Notes: generated by a model not told the origin, from the letters alone. A stretch of 64,000 nucleotides of DNA from Balanoglossus misakiensis (GCA_040954595.2 JBECUI020000034.1:124001-188000), one strand, 5' to 3'; positions 46,946 to 60,242 are shown, counted from the stretch's first letter. A program made the numbers and translations.

Positions 46946-48130
46946 ATGCCGAAGAAGTTACAGACTATACGAACTCTTGATTGTAAAGGCAAACGTGTAT
47001 TGATGCGTGTGGACTTCAATGTGCCCCATGCTGGCGGTGTTATTAGTGATAATACCCGTATCAGTGCGGCCCTTGACAGCATGCGAATGCTATTAAAAAA
47101 AGGTGTCGACAAACTCATTTTAGTTAGTCATCTCGGTCGTCCCAAAGGAACTGTTCAACCCGAGTTGAGTTTGCAAATAGTCGCAGAAGAGTTAGCAAAG
47201 CTACTTTCCCAGCCTGTTCATTTTATTTCTGTCCGTACACAATCGGAAATCAACGCTACCATAGACGGTCTTTCACCCGGTTCTGTAGCACTTTTGGAGA
47301 ATATACGTTTTTTCCCGGAAGAAACAAAGAATGATGAGGCACTTGCAAAAGGATTGGCAAGTTTTGCTGATTATTTTGTAAATGATGCCTTTGGTACCGC
47401 ACACCGCGCACATGCATCCACAGTAGGTGTTATCTTCCATCCTTTGCCGGGGCTTCTCATTGAAAAAGAGGTAGAATTTCTTAGCAGAATTCTTGATAAG
47501 CCTGAAAAACCCTTTCTTGCCATCGTTGGTGGAGCGAAGGTTCAAGTAAGATAGCAATTCTTGAACATCTTCTTCATCATGTAGTACTCTTATTATAGGT
47601 GGCGGCATGGCATATACTTTTCTGGGCAGTTCAAGGCATAAAGATTGGCAACAGTCTTATTGAAAGGATTATATCTCTGTAGCAGAACGCCTTTTGCATA
47701 TGGCAAAGGAAAAGAGTGTTGAAGTCATTCTTCCGATTGACCATGGCGTATCACAAGAGTTTTCAGAAACAGCAGAACGCATAGAATGCGACATGAATAT
47801 TCCTGATGGATATATCGGTATGGATGTCGGGGACAAGAGTATTAGAAAATATATTGATGCGGTGCAGCATGCAAGAACTATTCTATGGAACGGTCCCACT
47901 TGGTGTCTTTGAGTTTAATGCCTTCCAAAGAGGAACAAAGAAATTGGCAGATGCAATTGCTCTTTCCACCGCTTTAACGGTTGTTGGCGGGGGCGACTCT
48001 GTTGCAGCCGCTCGACAGTTTGGTGTTATAGATAAAATAGATCATGTTTTACTGGCGGGGGTGCATCATTGGAATTCCTGGAGGGGAAGATATTACCTGG
48101 TATTTTGCCATTGATGAAAGAGGTAAAAGA
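46946..48130 (+). CDS. pgk: Phosphoglycerate kinase (several indels; 3' end approximate)
   Basis: RVDFNVP, SHLGRP, LLENIRF, DAFGTAHRAHAS, VGGGDS, LEFLEGK.LPG. Confidence 0.94.
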
Positions 48131-48135
48131 TTCCC

Positions 48136-48878
<743 letters not shown>

Positions 48879-48902
48879 TTTAGGAAAATAATGGAGGAAA
48901 CC

Positions 48903-49256
48903 ATGCAATAGTCAGTATATTATTACTGATCGTTTTTATTATTAGTTCACTTCTTCTTATCCTTCTTGTTATGTTACAGGGAGAAGCAGGAGATGAGCTC
49001 GGTGGCTTGTTTGGCGGAGGTGCATCTCAACAGATGGGAATGCGTTCCGGTAACATTCTAACAAGAATAACAGCGGTGCTCGGAACGATCTTTTTTTCTT
49101 AGTGCCTTTGGGGTGGCTTGGATAAATCGTACCCCGGATACAGCAGATATAGAACGAGCAGCGCGTTCCCATTGATGAACAGGTTGAGTGGTGGCAGGAA
49201 GAAGACACGGAACCTGTACAAAGTGATACGACTGAGACGGAAATTCAACAGAATAA
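48903..49256 (+). CDS. secG: Preprotein translocase subunit SecG (indels)
   Basis: LILLVMLQ..G..LGGLFGGG...GNILTRITAVLGTIFF read by hand; GGAGG SD; follows tpiA. Confidence 0.85.
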
Positions 49257-49265
49257 TTAGTACAA

Positions 49266-49670
49266 ATGAGAGTAGGCATTCTTTATTATGCACCTCGTAG
49301 AACTCATCTTGCACAGCAATTCAGTCGTGAACTTAGCAGGACTTTGCAGTCTGCTAATCATCATATTGATGTTCATAACATTCTACAGAACAGTGAACTT
49401 CGATTAATTAGCTATCAGTACCTGATTATTATAGCTGAAGACAAAAAGCAATTGGAGCAGTGTCATTCTTGATCGATTACGAAAAAGTTTATCACATGCA
49501 GGGACTTAGGGAAAACGTAGTGCAGCAATCCTGTTAAGCCAAGCGCTATGGAAAAATAAAGCATTAGTAAACTTGATGAAGATATTAGAGGCTGAGGGTA
49601 TGTTGGTTAATTATTCTGCAATTATTAGCAATGCCACGAGGCCGATTCTATCGGGCGGGTATTGCCAGTT
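49266..49670 (+). CDS. Hypothetical protein (possibly flavodoxin-like; indels)
   Basis: MRVGILYY..L.RTLQSANHHIDV..YQYLIII and LMKILEAEGMLVNYS pieces. Confidence 0.5.
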
Positions 49671-50400
49671 GAAAGAACTTGATTATTATGCAATACTTGG
49701 CATAGAAAAGCATGCCGATGTACAGGAAATAAAACAGGCATATCGAAAAAAACTTAAGAATTTGCATCCGGACTTAGCTAAATCCTACGATTCAAAAAGT
49801 TTCAGATGTTGATGATAGCGTATCGCACTTTGCTGAATATGCAGCAGTTGAAGGACACCTATAGTCAACACAGAGATGAGTATGAACAGTTTCGATATCG
49901 TGATTTTCTGCAAGCACGGGCAGATAATCCGCATATTCTTGCACAATTGATTTTTTACGATCTGCTTCATGATCATATTGAGAATGCAATTCAGTTGTAT
50001 GAAGAAAACATATTGATGCAGGGACTTGATTTGCAGCAATTTATGAAGTATGAAGACTATATGACTGGCATATTTCTTTTGGCAGAAGGATATCAACGGC
50101 AAAAGTGCTACCTACCATGCGTATCAGTTGTTTATTACTATTGTTCGATTAGAAACAATTGAACCATGTTTTTATCACTTTATTGAAGCTATTATGGAAG
50201 AAATATATCCAGATAGTACATACAGACCTTCCAAAAATCTTAACAAAGGATGCTGCATTACGTTGTGCCAAACAGGCCAAAATCTTTAATTTCCAAAGAA
50301 AAAGAAACAACAACTGCAACATTTAATATCGGAACTATCTGCCGATATTATTCCTACAAGAAAAATCTTGGAAGAGAGTAAAAAGAATCCTATAGGGGGA
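49669..50400 (+). CDS. DnaJ (J-domain) protein (indels; end approximate)
   Basis: DYYAILGI..ADVQEIKQAYRKKLKNLHPD; FRYRDFL..LIFYDLLH continuation. Confidence 0.8.
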
Positions 50401-50404
50401 AACA

Positions 50405-51439
50405 ATGTATATAAAAAGGCTATAAGAGCAATTATTCTTATTTTTATGCTTACGTTTTAGCTTACAAGCACAGGTTCTTGATAAACCAGTTGCAACTGTA
50501 CGCCTGACAAAGTTTGAAAATATCGGGCAAACATTTTTGAAGAAGCAAATTACGCAGTTGGAGGCACAGCTAGGTCGTACGTTCTCAATGGATGAACGCA
50601 AAGAGATTCTTGAATTGGAAATAGGAAAGAGGCTCATATTGCAAGCTCAGGAAAGAGATCGGATACGCCCGACTGTGGAAGAAGTCGAGCAGGCAATTTT
50701 TCAAGTACGGCAAGGTCCTTGGTGCTGAGTTTCCGAGGTCGAATTTCGGCGTATCGTTGCTGAGCAAACTGGCCTGCCATATGAAGAATATGAAGAGGAA
50801 ATACGAGACCGGCTTGCGATTGATAAGTACGTTTTGCACAAAAAGGGAAAATCTCCTCACAGGGATAAAAGAGCCGACAGACGAAGCTATTCAATCCTTT
50901 TATGATGCAAATGCAACGGCAATTTACCAATCCGTCACTCATTCGCTTTAATCATATTTTCTTTGATACGCGAAGAAATGCAAATGCAAGTACGCAGAAA
51001 GAAGATGCTGAAAAAATGCTTGCATCAATTCGTAAGAATGAGAAAACATTTGAGGAAGTTCTCGATGAAACCCTCGACATTGCTACTGTTTCAGGTGGGG
51101 ATTCGGCTACCTTGCACGTGGTGATCCACAACAAGAAGAAGCACTGGGCAAAAAATTTATTGAAATTCTTTTTTCGCTTGAACGAGATGATGTTAGCGAA
51201 GTGCTTGAATCGAATCTTGGTTATCACATTGTTAAGGTTACAAACAAGCGGCGTGCAAAACTCTTGGAGTTACGGGATCCCATCTTTCCCGGCGAGCGCA
51301 CAACTGTAATGGGTATATCAAGGACTATTTAATCAAGCAGGAGCAAGCATTACGCATGTCTGAGGCAACTCAGGAGTTAATTGATGAGTTGAAAACAGAG
51401 GCTGAAGTACGTAAATTTGAAGAAAATCTCGACTGGTAA
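50405..51439 (+). CDS. SurA/PpiC-type periplasmic chaperone (indels)
   Basis: Signal peptide, QVLDKPVATVRL, PTDEAIQSFY, IRFNHIFF, GGD, ES.LGYHIV. Confidence 0.75.
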
Positions 51440-51460
51440 TGCCGATAGGTTAATACGTAG

Positions 51461-51884
51461 ATGGTAACAAGACGTGATGAACGAATTCTTGCTATGCAGG
51501 CACTCTATTGCTGGGAAGTTTCCAATATCCCTGTGGATGGCTACTCCAATTTTCATGGTTTGTCTGAGGACAATCAAAAAAGTCGACCATGAATTTACTG
51601 TTGAACTGATCCGTGGTGTTATTCAGCATATCCAGCACATTGATTCAATAATCAGAAAGAATTTGGAACACTGGGAGATTGACCGATTAGGAAAGGTTGA
51701 CTTAGCAATACTTCGCATGTCTGTATATGAAATGCTGTACGTGGATGAAATTCTCCCAGTTTATTACTATTGATGAGGGAGTTGAAATTGCAAAAAAGTA
51801 TTCTGGGGAGACTCTCCGGCTTTTATAAATGGCATTTTAGACTCCATTGCTAGAAAAACAGGATTAAAATTCAATGCCCTTTAA
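51461..51884 (+). CDS. nusB: Transcription antitermination factor NusB (indels)
   Basis: LEHWEIDRLGKVDLAILRMSVYE; IDEGVEIAKKY; FINGILD. Confidence 0.9.
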
Positions 51885-52712
51885 TGAAACTATCCGGCTA
51901 AAAAACATTGAAGAAATACAGTTGATTAAAGAAGGCGGAACAATTCTTGCTAAAACATTGTTGGAATTAAAAAGAATTATTTTCGGTCGGTATGACAACT
52001 GCGGAATTGGATTTCCTATGCACATAACCTCATTGTGCAAAACGGAGCAGAGCCTTCCTTTCTTGGATACAGAAATTTTCCCGGGAAATATATGCACTTC
52101 CGTAAATGATGTTGTTATTCACGGCATTCCGGGAAACTACAGTCTTCAGAATGGTGATATTATCGGTATTGATTGTGGTGTACGGTACAAGGAATATTAC
52201 AGCGATGCTGCAATTACAGCGATAGTTGGTTCAGGAACACAGAAGCAGAAAATTTGCTAAAGATAACCCATGAATGTCTGATGCGTGGTATTCAGGTGTC
52301 AGAGATGGTGGGAGAATTAAGGATATATCAGTTGCAATTTTTTTAATTATGCGAATGATCACGGCTACGGAGTCGTTCGAGATTTCTGTGGGACATGGGG
52401 TAGGGCATCAGCTACATGAAGAAACGGTTATACCCAACTATGGTTACCGGATCAAGCAGTTACGTCTTCGCTCCGGTATGGTATTAGCTATTGAACCTAT
52501 GATTAATATAGGAAAGCCAGATGTGCATATTCTTGATGACGGGTGGGACTGTTGTTACCAGAGACCACTCATTATCAGCACATTTTGAACATACAATTGC
52601 CATTTTAGATGATGGCATAGATATTCTTACTGAAATATGCAACAATACATATGAAATGTTGTATATTGTTGTATACGACATATGTAAAGTTGTGCTATTA
52701 TACTATAATTAG
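51874..52712 (+). CDS. map: Type I methionine aminopeptidase (indels; end approximate)
   Basis: CTSVNDVVIHGIP, GIDCG..YYSDAA, GHGVG..LHEE, AIEPMIN, SAHFEHT. Confidence 0.93.
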
Positions 52713-52714
52713 TT

Positions 52715-54223
<1,509 letters not shown>

Positions 54224-54240
54224 TTATATGTAGAATTGAG

Positions 54241-54915
54241 ATGGAAAACAGTGGCAGGAAAGTCAAAAAAAAAAATATTTATTGATGCACCAAACGGTTC
54301 GGGGACAATGCCTTAAAATTGGCCCGAAGTATTCATAAGTCTGGGGTTTATACCGGGATGTTTATCTACGTGAACTTACGCGGGGGAGCTGGTATTGGAA
54401 ACGTTATCAGTGAGTACTACAAGGTCGTTGTCAGTTCGGAGATGCGCCCTGTGTACTATGCTGCACTGGTTCTGCGTTCTTATACTGGTCCCCGTAAGCA
54501 ATCTCAGGAAGTCTTTATTGATGGCTGGACATACCAGCCGGAGCACTTGCGTCCGGGGAGATAAAATTATGATTGTTGACGACATCTTTGATTCGGGACA
54601 GTCTATCAAATCACTTAGCCAAAATTATTTCCGAACATGGCATCCCACGCAAAAAATATCTGTGTTGTTGTGCACGATTATAAACTACGACAGTATAAGA
54701 ACAGCCCGACAATTTCATCGGATTATTTTTGTAATAAATACGATATTGCTACACCGAAGAGGGACCATTGGATTCATTATCTCAGTCATGAACTACAGGG
54801 ATTAACAAAAGAAGAAATCCAGCAATACTACAGTAAAGATATGCATGAACTAGAAATCCAGCAATACTACAGTAAAGATATGCATGAACTTCTTCTTGAT
54901 ATTCTTAATAAGTAA
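54241..54915 (+). CDS. Type I phosphoribosyltransferase (indels)
   Basis: LRGGA, PRPP-binding IMIVDDIFDSG, WIHYLSHEL. Confidence 0.85.
54813..54890 (+). repeat. Exact 2 x 39-bp tandem duplication
   Basis: AGAAATCCAGCAATACTACAGTAAAGATATGCATGAACT twice (EIQQYYSKDMHEL x2). Confidence 0.97.
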
Positions 54916-54922
54916 TAAGATA

Positions 54923-56038
54923 CTACCACTCTTTTAGTTGGTTAGTTCTTGTATTTAATTCCCATATTGTGTCACCGATGGTGCCTATAAGAATATTCTC
55001 ATTAGGAAGTGTTAGAAGATGCGTAATGGCGACATTATCCAAATCATCATATGCACTGGGCGATGTAATATCATTGATATCGGCACCGGCTGCAATATAG
55101 TATAGACCCTTTGCACTCGTGCTCAGGTAGTTTGTGCTTCCGACAAACATCTGATCAGAACTTGGTATATAAGCATAGCTCGTAAAAGCAGTATTCTTTA
55201 TATTTGCGGATTTATGCCATTCTGTACCATCGTACATATATATGTAGCCAATAGCAGAAATATATATTTGATCATCCGTACGATGAGCTCGGTTTATTCC
55301 GAAAAACGGTGGTTTTATTAGTTCTATTTGTTCTCCGGCAATGCTCATTGTAACTTGGGAAAAATCATTCGTGCTTGCAGAAGTATAGAGTGCTGCACGC
55401 GACAAGAACCAATACTGTCCTCTAGCATAGATTGCATACTGGATTTGTCCAAAGTTGCTATTGTTTGTGGTGGTAACTTCGGTAACGGTTGCAGTAGCAG
55501 CTTTCCAGTTTGAAATTTCAAAAATTCTTGTTGAAGATTCCCCATCTCTGTTTATGGGGTCGGTTGTATTGCGAACAATAAGAAATAAGTTGCCGTTTAG
55601 TAAAAAGATATTATCATAGATGGGATATCGATTATGCGGTGCCGGTATTATAACTTGATGCCAATCCTTTGTATTGTTTCGAGTTTCGTATACATAGAGT
55701 TTACTCATTTGAGAAGAGGTATCGTTTTTCTGAATAATAGCAAAAAGTGAGTCCTGTGCTTCGTAGGCAGCTATCTGGCGACTCCTTGTATTTGCCTCGG
55801 GCTGAGGGATCCCCGTCCATTTTTCATCAACACTATTGTACTTGTGTATTTTTCCATACGATACATAGGCAGTATCATTAATTCGCTCAAGCCCAATAGT
55901 GGTAATGCCACGAGGAAATTCGGACTGGACAGCCGCTTTTTCCCGTATGAGCTCGGCAAAAACCCCATAATCACCAAAATCACAGGAAAAGAGCAGGAAA
56001 GGCAGAAATATTATAGAAATTTTTTGTAACATCATCAT
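54923..56038 (-). CDS. Lipoprotein, probable beta-propeller (BB0028/BamB-like by position)
   Basis: LLFSC lipobox; repeated short beta-strand blades (IYISAIGYIYMYDGTEW, MFVGS..KGLYY, LIGT..TIW). Confidence 0.65.
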   Translation of the reverse strand: MMMLQKISIIFLPFLLFSCDFGDYGVFAELIREKAAVQSEFPRGITTIGLERINDTAYVSYGKIHKYNSVDEKWTGIPQPEANTRSRQIAAYEAQDSLFAIIQKNDTSSQMSKLYVYETRNNTKDWHQVIIPAPHNRYPIYDNIFLLNGNLFLIVRNTTDPINRDGESSTRIFEISNWKAATATVTEVTTTNNSNFGQIQYAIYARGQYWFLSRAALYTSASTNDFSQVTMSIAGEQIELIKPPFFGINRAHRTDDQIYISAIGYIYMYDGTEWHKSANIKNTAFTSYAYIPSSDQMFVGSTNYLSTSAKGLYYIAAGADINDITSPSAYDDLDNVAITHLLTLPNENILIGTIGDTIWELNTRTNQLKEW

Positions 56039-56039
56039 A

Positions 56040-56663
56040 TTAAAAGGTATATTTTACAGACAAAAGAATTTCAAAGAAATTCCCAAATCGTGACTCACTA
56101 GCCGGCGGATTGTTGCCAGCATAGATTTGTGGAACAAATTTATACATCACAGTGCTTCCAAACCCCCATGTTGGATTAAAATTCCATAAAAATCCTGAAC
56201 CGAAACGAAGAATAAAATCAGCATGAGAATTTTCTGAATAACTTGATATATGAAGCCCTAGATCAAGAAAGAGGGGTATTTCTGCATTTCGTATGCGGAA
56301 TGCATAACTGGTTCTTGCTGTAATTGCATAGAAAAAAGCAAAGAGATCAGCACGAGAAAGAGAAAATGATCCATCTAAATGTGCTCCAATTCGCACATTA
56401 CCGTCAACATAGGCACCAATTTCGAGCCCTCCTGCAGCGCCAACACTACTTTGTGCATACCAGAAATCTCCGGCAGAGCTTGTATAAAACATTGGAACAA
56501 GAATACCAAGGTCGATTTGTACATATGAGTCACCAAGTTGTCGATTAATTTCCGAGAATCTGATTGTGTCAACCACGGCGTTAGTCTGGGCAGTAAGCGG
56601 AAGGACAATACACAGGAGTACTATACAAACAAATAGAAAACGTAAATATCTTTTGTAAGACAT
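56040..56663 (-). CDS. Small outer-membrane beta-barrel (TP0733/OmpW-like)
   Basis: Signal peptide, GD motif, alternating amphipathic strands, VPQ motif, C-terminal VKYTF. Confidence 0.8.
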   Translation of the reverse strand: MSYKRYLRFLFVCIVLLCIVLPLTAQTNAVVDTIRFSEINRQLGDSYVQIDLGILVPMFYTSSAGDFWYAQSSVGAAGGLEIGAYVDGNVRIGAHLDGSFSLSRADLFAFFYAITARTSYAFRIRNAEIPLFLDLGLHISSYSENSHADFILRFGSGFLWNFNPTWGFGSTVMYKFVPQIYAGNNPPASESRFGNFFEILLSVKYTF

Positions 56664-56673
56664 GATTGTTCAT

Positions 56674-56738
56674 AGTATAATGAGATTCTTAGGGAAAAGC
56701 AATATGATATTGAAATATTTTCCAATATATGATATTGT
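56674..56738. promoter_or_regulatory. Back-to-back promoters for the OMP gene (-) and folD (+)
   Basis: Minus strand: TTGCTT-17-TATACT, 10 nt before ATG 56663. Plus strand: TTGAAA-17-TATTGT (TGn), 7 nt before ATG 56746. Confidence 0.55.
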
Positions 56739-56745
56739 TGCATTC

Positions 56746-57606
56746 ATGCATGTAATCTATGGTGATACGCTAGCTGAACAAATACAGAGGGACTTAGGTA
56801 TGCGGATTAAGCAATTATCTTGCACACCCAAGATTGTAATTCTTTTGCTTGGTGATAATTCTGCAAGTAGATCATATATACGAAGCAAGACTCGGGCATG
56901 CTCGAATGTTTCTATTGCCACCGAAGATGTATACATGCCCGAAGAGAGCAGTGAAAAAGAGATTTTGTTATGGATCGCAGAAAAAAATGCGGATCCCAGT
57001 GTGCATGCTATTCTTGTGCAACTTCCTCTTCCCGGTCATATTGATATGAATAAGGTGATTGCTGCAATAGATCCGAAAAAGGATGTTGACGGCTTTCATC
57101 CTCTTAATATGGGAAGGCTTGCCGTGGGTTTCCCAACTGTCATTCCTTGTACTCCTCTTGCCATTCTTCGCATGCTTGAAGCGGCAGATATTTCTGTCAG
57201 TGGGAAGCGGGTTGTTATTCTAAACCGTAGTAATATAGTTGGTAAGCCTCTTGCTCTTTTACTTGCTGCACGGGGACGAGATGCAACCGTTACTCTTTGC
57301 CATAGCCGTACAAGAGATTTACCAGCTCATTGCAAGCAGGCTGATGTGCTTATATCAGCAATATCTTCACCCCATTATATTAAGGCTGACATGGTAAAAG
57401 AGGGAGTAGTTGTTATTGATGTTTCTATTAATCGCATCCCTGCGGACAACGAAAAAAAATACAAACTTACAGGCGATGTAGACTTCGAGTCGGTATCTAA
57501 GCTCGCTTCGGCCATAACACCGGTGCCTCGGGGAGTGGGTCCAATGACAATAGCAATGATGCTTGAAAACACGGTTAGCTTGGCGGAAGGAAACATAAAG
57601 TGGTAG
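56746..57606 (+). CDS. folD: Methylenetetrahydrofolate dehydrogenase/cyclohydrolase
   Basis: ILVQLPLP, KDVDGFHP, PCTP, RSNIVGKP, ITPVPRGVGPMT. Confidence 0.96.
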   Translation: MHVIYGDTLAEQIQRDLGMRIKQLSCTPKIVILLLGDNSASRSYIRSKTRACSNVSIATEDVYMPEESSEKEILLWIAEKNADPSVHAILVQLPLPGHIDMNKVIAAIDPKKDVDGFHPLNMGRLAVGFPTVIPCTPLAILRMLEAADISVSGKRVVILNRSNIVGKPLALLLAARGRDATVTLCHSRTRDLPAHCKQADVLISAISSPHYIKADMVKEGVVVIDVSINRIPADNEKKYKLTGDVDFESVSKLASAITPVPRGVGPMTIAMMLENTVSLAEGNIKW

Positions 57607-58394
57607 CAAAAATGGTTGATATACAGTCTATGCCTGATCATAGAAATATTCCATTACAGCAGGTTGGTATTAAAAATCTCCGTTACCCGATTACTGTACA
57701 TTGGTCCAATGGTCGTAGAACGGATACTATTGCAGAAGTAAACATTTCGGCATCCTTATCGGCTGCCACTCGCGGCATGCACATGAGTCGACTTGTCCTC
57801 ATACTTGAAGAATGCAAAGACCAGATTAGCTGGGATAGATTACCGGCTATTTCGGCAGATATATCAAAAAGAATGGAGCAAGGGACCCCCCATGTATCTT
57901 TTTCCTGCTCTTTCCCATATTTCCGCAGGAAAACAGCTCCGCATTCATTACTGAAAAGCATGATGGATTACGATTGCATGTTACGGGTAGTACGAAAAGC
58001 AGAAAATGTTACTCGCTTTCTTCATTTAAGTGTTCCGGTTATGACCCTCTGTCCCTGCTCTAAAGCATTGAGCAGCAAAGGTGCACATAATCAACGATCA
58101 CTATGTACTGTCATCTGCCGACAAGATGAAGAACCAGACATTGATCAGATCATAACTGGAATTGAAACTGCCTCTTCCAGCTCTCTCTATGCTCTTCTCA
58201 AGCGGACTGATGAGCAGATAATTACCGAAACTTCATATAATAATCCGCGATTCGTAGAAGACCTGCTTCGCGATGTTGTCTTATTTCTCCGGCAGCATTC
58301 TTCTTCTCAATGGTTTTCAGTTGAAGTATCCAGTGAGGAAAGTATTCATAATCATAGTGCCTATGCCTATACCGAAGAGGGCGAAGCATCGTGA
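57600..58394 (+). CDS. folE2: GTP cyclohydrolase IB
   Basis: VGIK.LRYP, GMHMSR, TLCPCSK, GAHNQRS, LKRTDE, FVED, ESIHNH. Confidence 0.93.
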   Translation: MVAKMVDIQSMPDHRNIPLQQVGIKNLRYPITVHWSNGRRTDTIAEVNISASLSAATRGMHMSRLVLILEECKDQISWDRLPAISADISKRMEQGTPHVSFSCSFPYFRRKTAPHSLLKSMMDYDCMLRVVRKAENVTRFLHLSVPVMTLCPCSKALSSKGAHNQRSLCTVICRQDEEPDIDQIITGIETASSSSLYALLKRTDEQIITETSYNNPRFVEDLLRDVVLFLRQHSSSQWFSVEVSSEESIHNHSAYAYTEEGEAS

Positions 58395-59053
58395 AAGAGG
58401 ATATTATACGCACGGATACAGTTCTTGTTAGCGTATCGGACAAAAGCGACCTGGATATTCTTGTTTCTTCCCTTCAGATAGCCTCGCAATCACTCCGTAT
58501 CTTGGCGAGCGAAGGAAGTTATGCAGCATTAAAACCAATAATAAGCAATAAGACCGAGCTGATTAGCATAAGCGACTATGTTCATGCACCCTTTGGCGAA
58601 CGAGTAAAAAGCCTTGACTTTAAGATCTATGCAGGAATATTATCAGAAGACGCAGAGCAGTTTTTTCTTAGATTTGGAGAAGATGCCTTGCGGTTTGATA
58701 TGGTCGTGTGCAACCTCTATCCTTTTGCCGAATGTATTGCCCGGGATCAGAATGATGTCGAACCTCATGTTGATAGGGTCTGCAGTTTGATTGATATTGG
58801 TGGGCTATCTCTTCTTCGTGCGGCTGCAAAAAACTTTCCTGCTGTTACTGCTGTTTCCCATGCACGGCAGTATGCGGAAATTGTAGAGGAAATAAGCAAA
58901 CACAATGGCGTATCTCTTCAAACGCGTTATCGGTTCAGTCAAGATACATTTTCTCTTACTGCAGATTACGATCGGCAGATAGCAGAGTATTTGAAAGGGC
59001 GTGCTTTTAATAGCTTTTTTCGTAAAAAAGGGGAGAGATATGAAACGATCTGA
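58391..59053 (+). CDS. Stand-alone IMP cyclohydrolase (PurH N-terminal MGS-like domain)
   Basis: LVSVSDK, VKSLDFKIY, DMVVCNLYPF, IDIGG..LRAAAKN, TADYD..IA.YL. Confidence 0.88.
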   Translation: MKEDIIRTDTVLVSVSDKSDLDILVSSLQIASQSLRILASEGSYAALKPIISNKTELISISDYVHAPFGERVKSLDFKIYAGILSEDAEQFFLRFGEDALRFDMVVCNLYPFAECIARDQNDVEPHVDRVCSLIDIGGLSLLRAAAKNFPAVTAVSHARQYAEIVEEISKHNGVSLQTRYRFSQDTFSLTADYDRQIAEYLKGRAFNSFFRKKGERYETI

Positions 59054-60242
59054 TTATCAGCATATTCATACAGATGAATTTCCAGAAGAAATAGAAATTA
59101 TTTTTACAGATAGTAAGGGTAAGAAAAGGCATAGATATCGGAAACAATACTGGGCAGGCAAGGGATTACGCTATGGGGATAATCCCGACCAGAAAGCTGC
59201 CTGCTACATTCCGATAGATTCTTCCAATCCGACTTCAATGAGCACTTCAATGTTCCAGTCTCTTCAGTTATTACATGGTGCAAAGCAGCCAAGTAAAACG
59301 AATATTACCGATATTAATACGGCTATGGAGATTCTTCGTTATCTTTCCGACAGCTCCTGCGCAGTTATTGTTAAGCATAATAATCCCTCGTCAGTTGCTG
59401 CTGCTGCCAAGATTGAAGATGCCTACACGCGTGCCTATAATGCCGATTGCATTGCAGCATTCGGTGGGACAATCTGCCTTAATAGACCAGTATGTGGAAA
59501 GTTGGCAGAAAAGATCCTACAGCATTACTTTGAGGTAATTGTTGCTCCCTCATATGATGAAGATGCATTAACATGTTTACAGAGCAAGAAGAATCTGCGA
59601 ATCTTTGCTCTGCCCCTGCTAACGGAAATAGAAGAACATAAGCGGCAGCTTGATATTTCATCATTGATGGATGGTGGAATAATTATACAGGAAGCATTTC
59701 TAGCAGATCATACCGGCATTTCAAAGCAGGGGCGAGCGACTTGTATGCATAAGGGTGAAGAGTATCACATTAACAGGTATGCAACTGCAGAAGAATATCA
59801 AGATATGCTTTTCGGCTGGTCGGTACAATCGGCAATTAGTAGTAATTCAATTGTCTATGTAAAGAACCAATGCACTGTTGGAATTTCTACAGGTGAACAA
59901 GACAGGGTGGGAGCGGCAAGCATTGCACGAGAAAAAGCATACCGGAACATGCGCGAATATCTCGCTCGAACCCTTTATGAAAAAGGGTATAATCTACTTA
60001 ATAAATCGGAATTGCATGAAGTTGATAATCAGGTTCGAGAAAATTCTGCAGGCTTACAGGGAAGTGTTATGGTCTCTGATGGCTTCTTTCCCTTTCGTGA
60101 TGCCCTGGATATTGCATTGGGGGAGGGGGTTTCTGCTGTCTTGCAACCAGGGGGGTCTATTCGTGACTATGAATGTATTACTGCATGCAATGAAGCAGAT
60201 GCTGCGATGATTTTTACGAATCAGCGAGGCTTTAGACATTGA
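59040..60242 (+). CDS. purH: Stand-alone AICAR transformylase (PurH C-terminal domain)
   Basis: LRYGDNPDQ, KHNNP, AFGG, SNS, GEQDRV, SDGFFPFRD, QPGGSIRD, RGFRH; own SD (GGGGAG) before ATG 59040. Confidence 0.9.
   Translation: MKRSDYQHIHTDEFPEEIEIIFTDSKGKKRHRYRKQYWAGKGLRYGDNPDQKAACYIPIDSSNPTSMSTSMFQSLQLLHGAKQPSKTNITDINTAMEILRYLSDSSCAVIVKHNNPSSVAAAAKIEDAYTRAYNADCIAAFGGTICLNRPVCGKLAEKILQHYFEVIVAPSYDEDALTCLQSKKNLRIFALPLLTEIEEHKRQLDISSLMDGGIIIQEAFLADHTGISKQGRATCMHKGEEYHINRYATAEEYQDMLFGWSVQSAISSNSIVYVKNQCTVGISTGEQDRVGAASIAREKAYRNMREYLARTLYEKGYNLLNKSELHEVDNQVRENSAGLQGSVMVSDGFFPFRDALDIALGEGVSAVLQPGGSIRDYECITACNEADAAMIFTNQRGFRH

Noticed and set aside
54813-54890. CRISPR-like repeat
   Set aside because: Only two adjacent copies with no spacer, inside a coding region, and no cas genes.
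56664-56745. ZTP (pfl) or THF riboswitch ahead of folD-purH
   Set aside because: The spacer is too short and AT-rich and is fully taken up by promoter elements.
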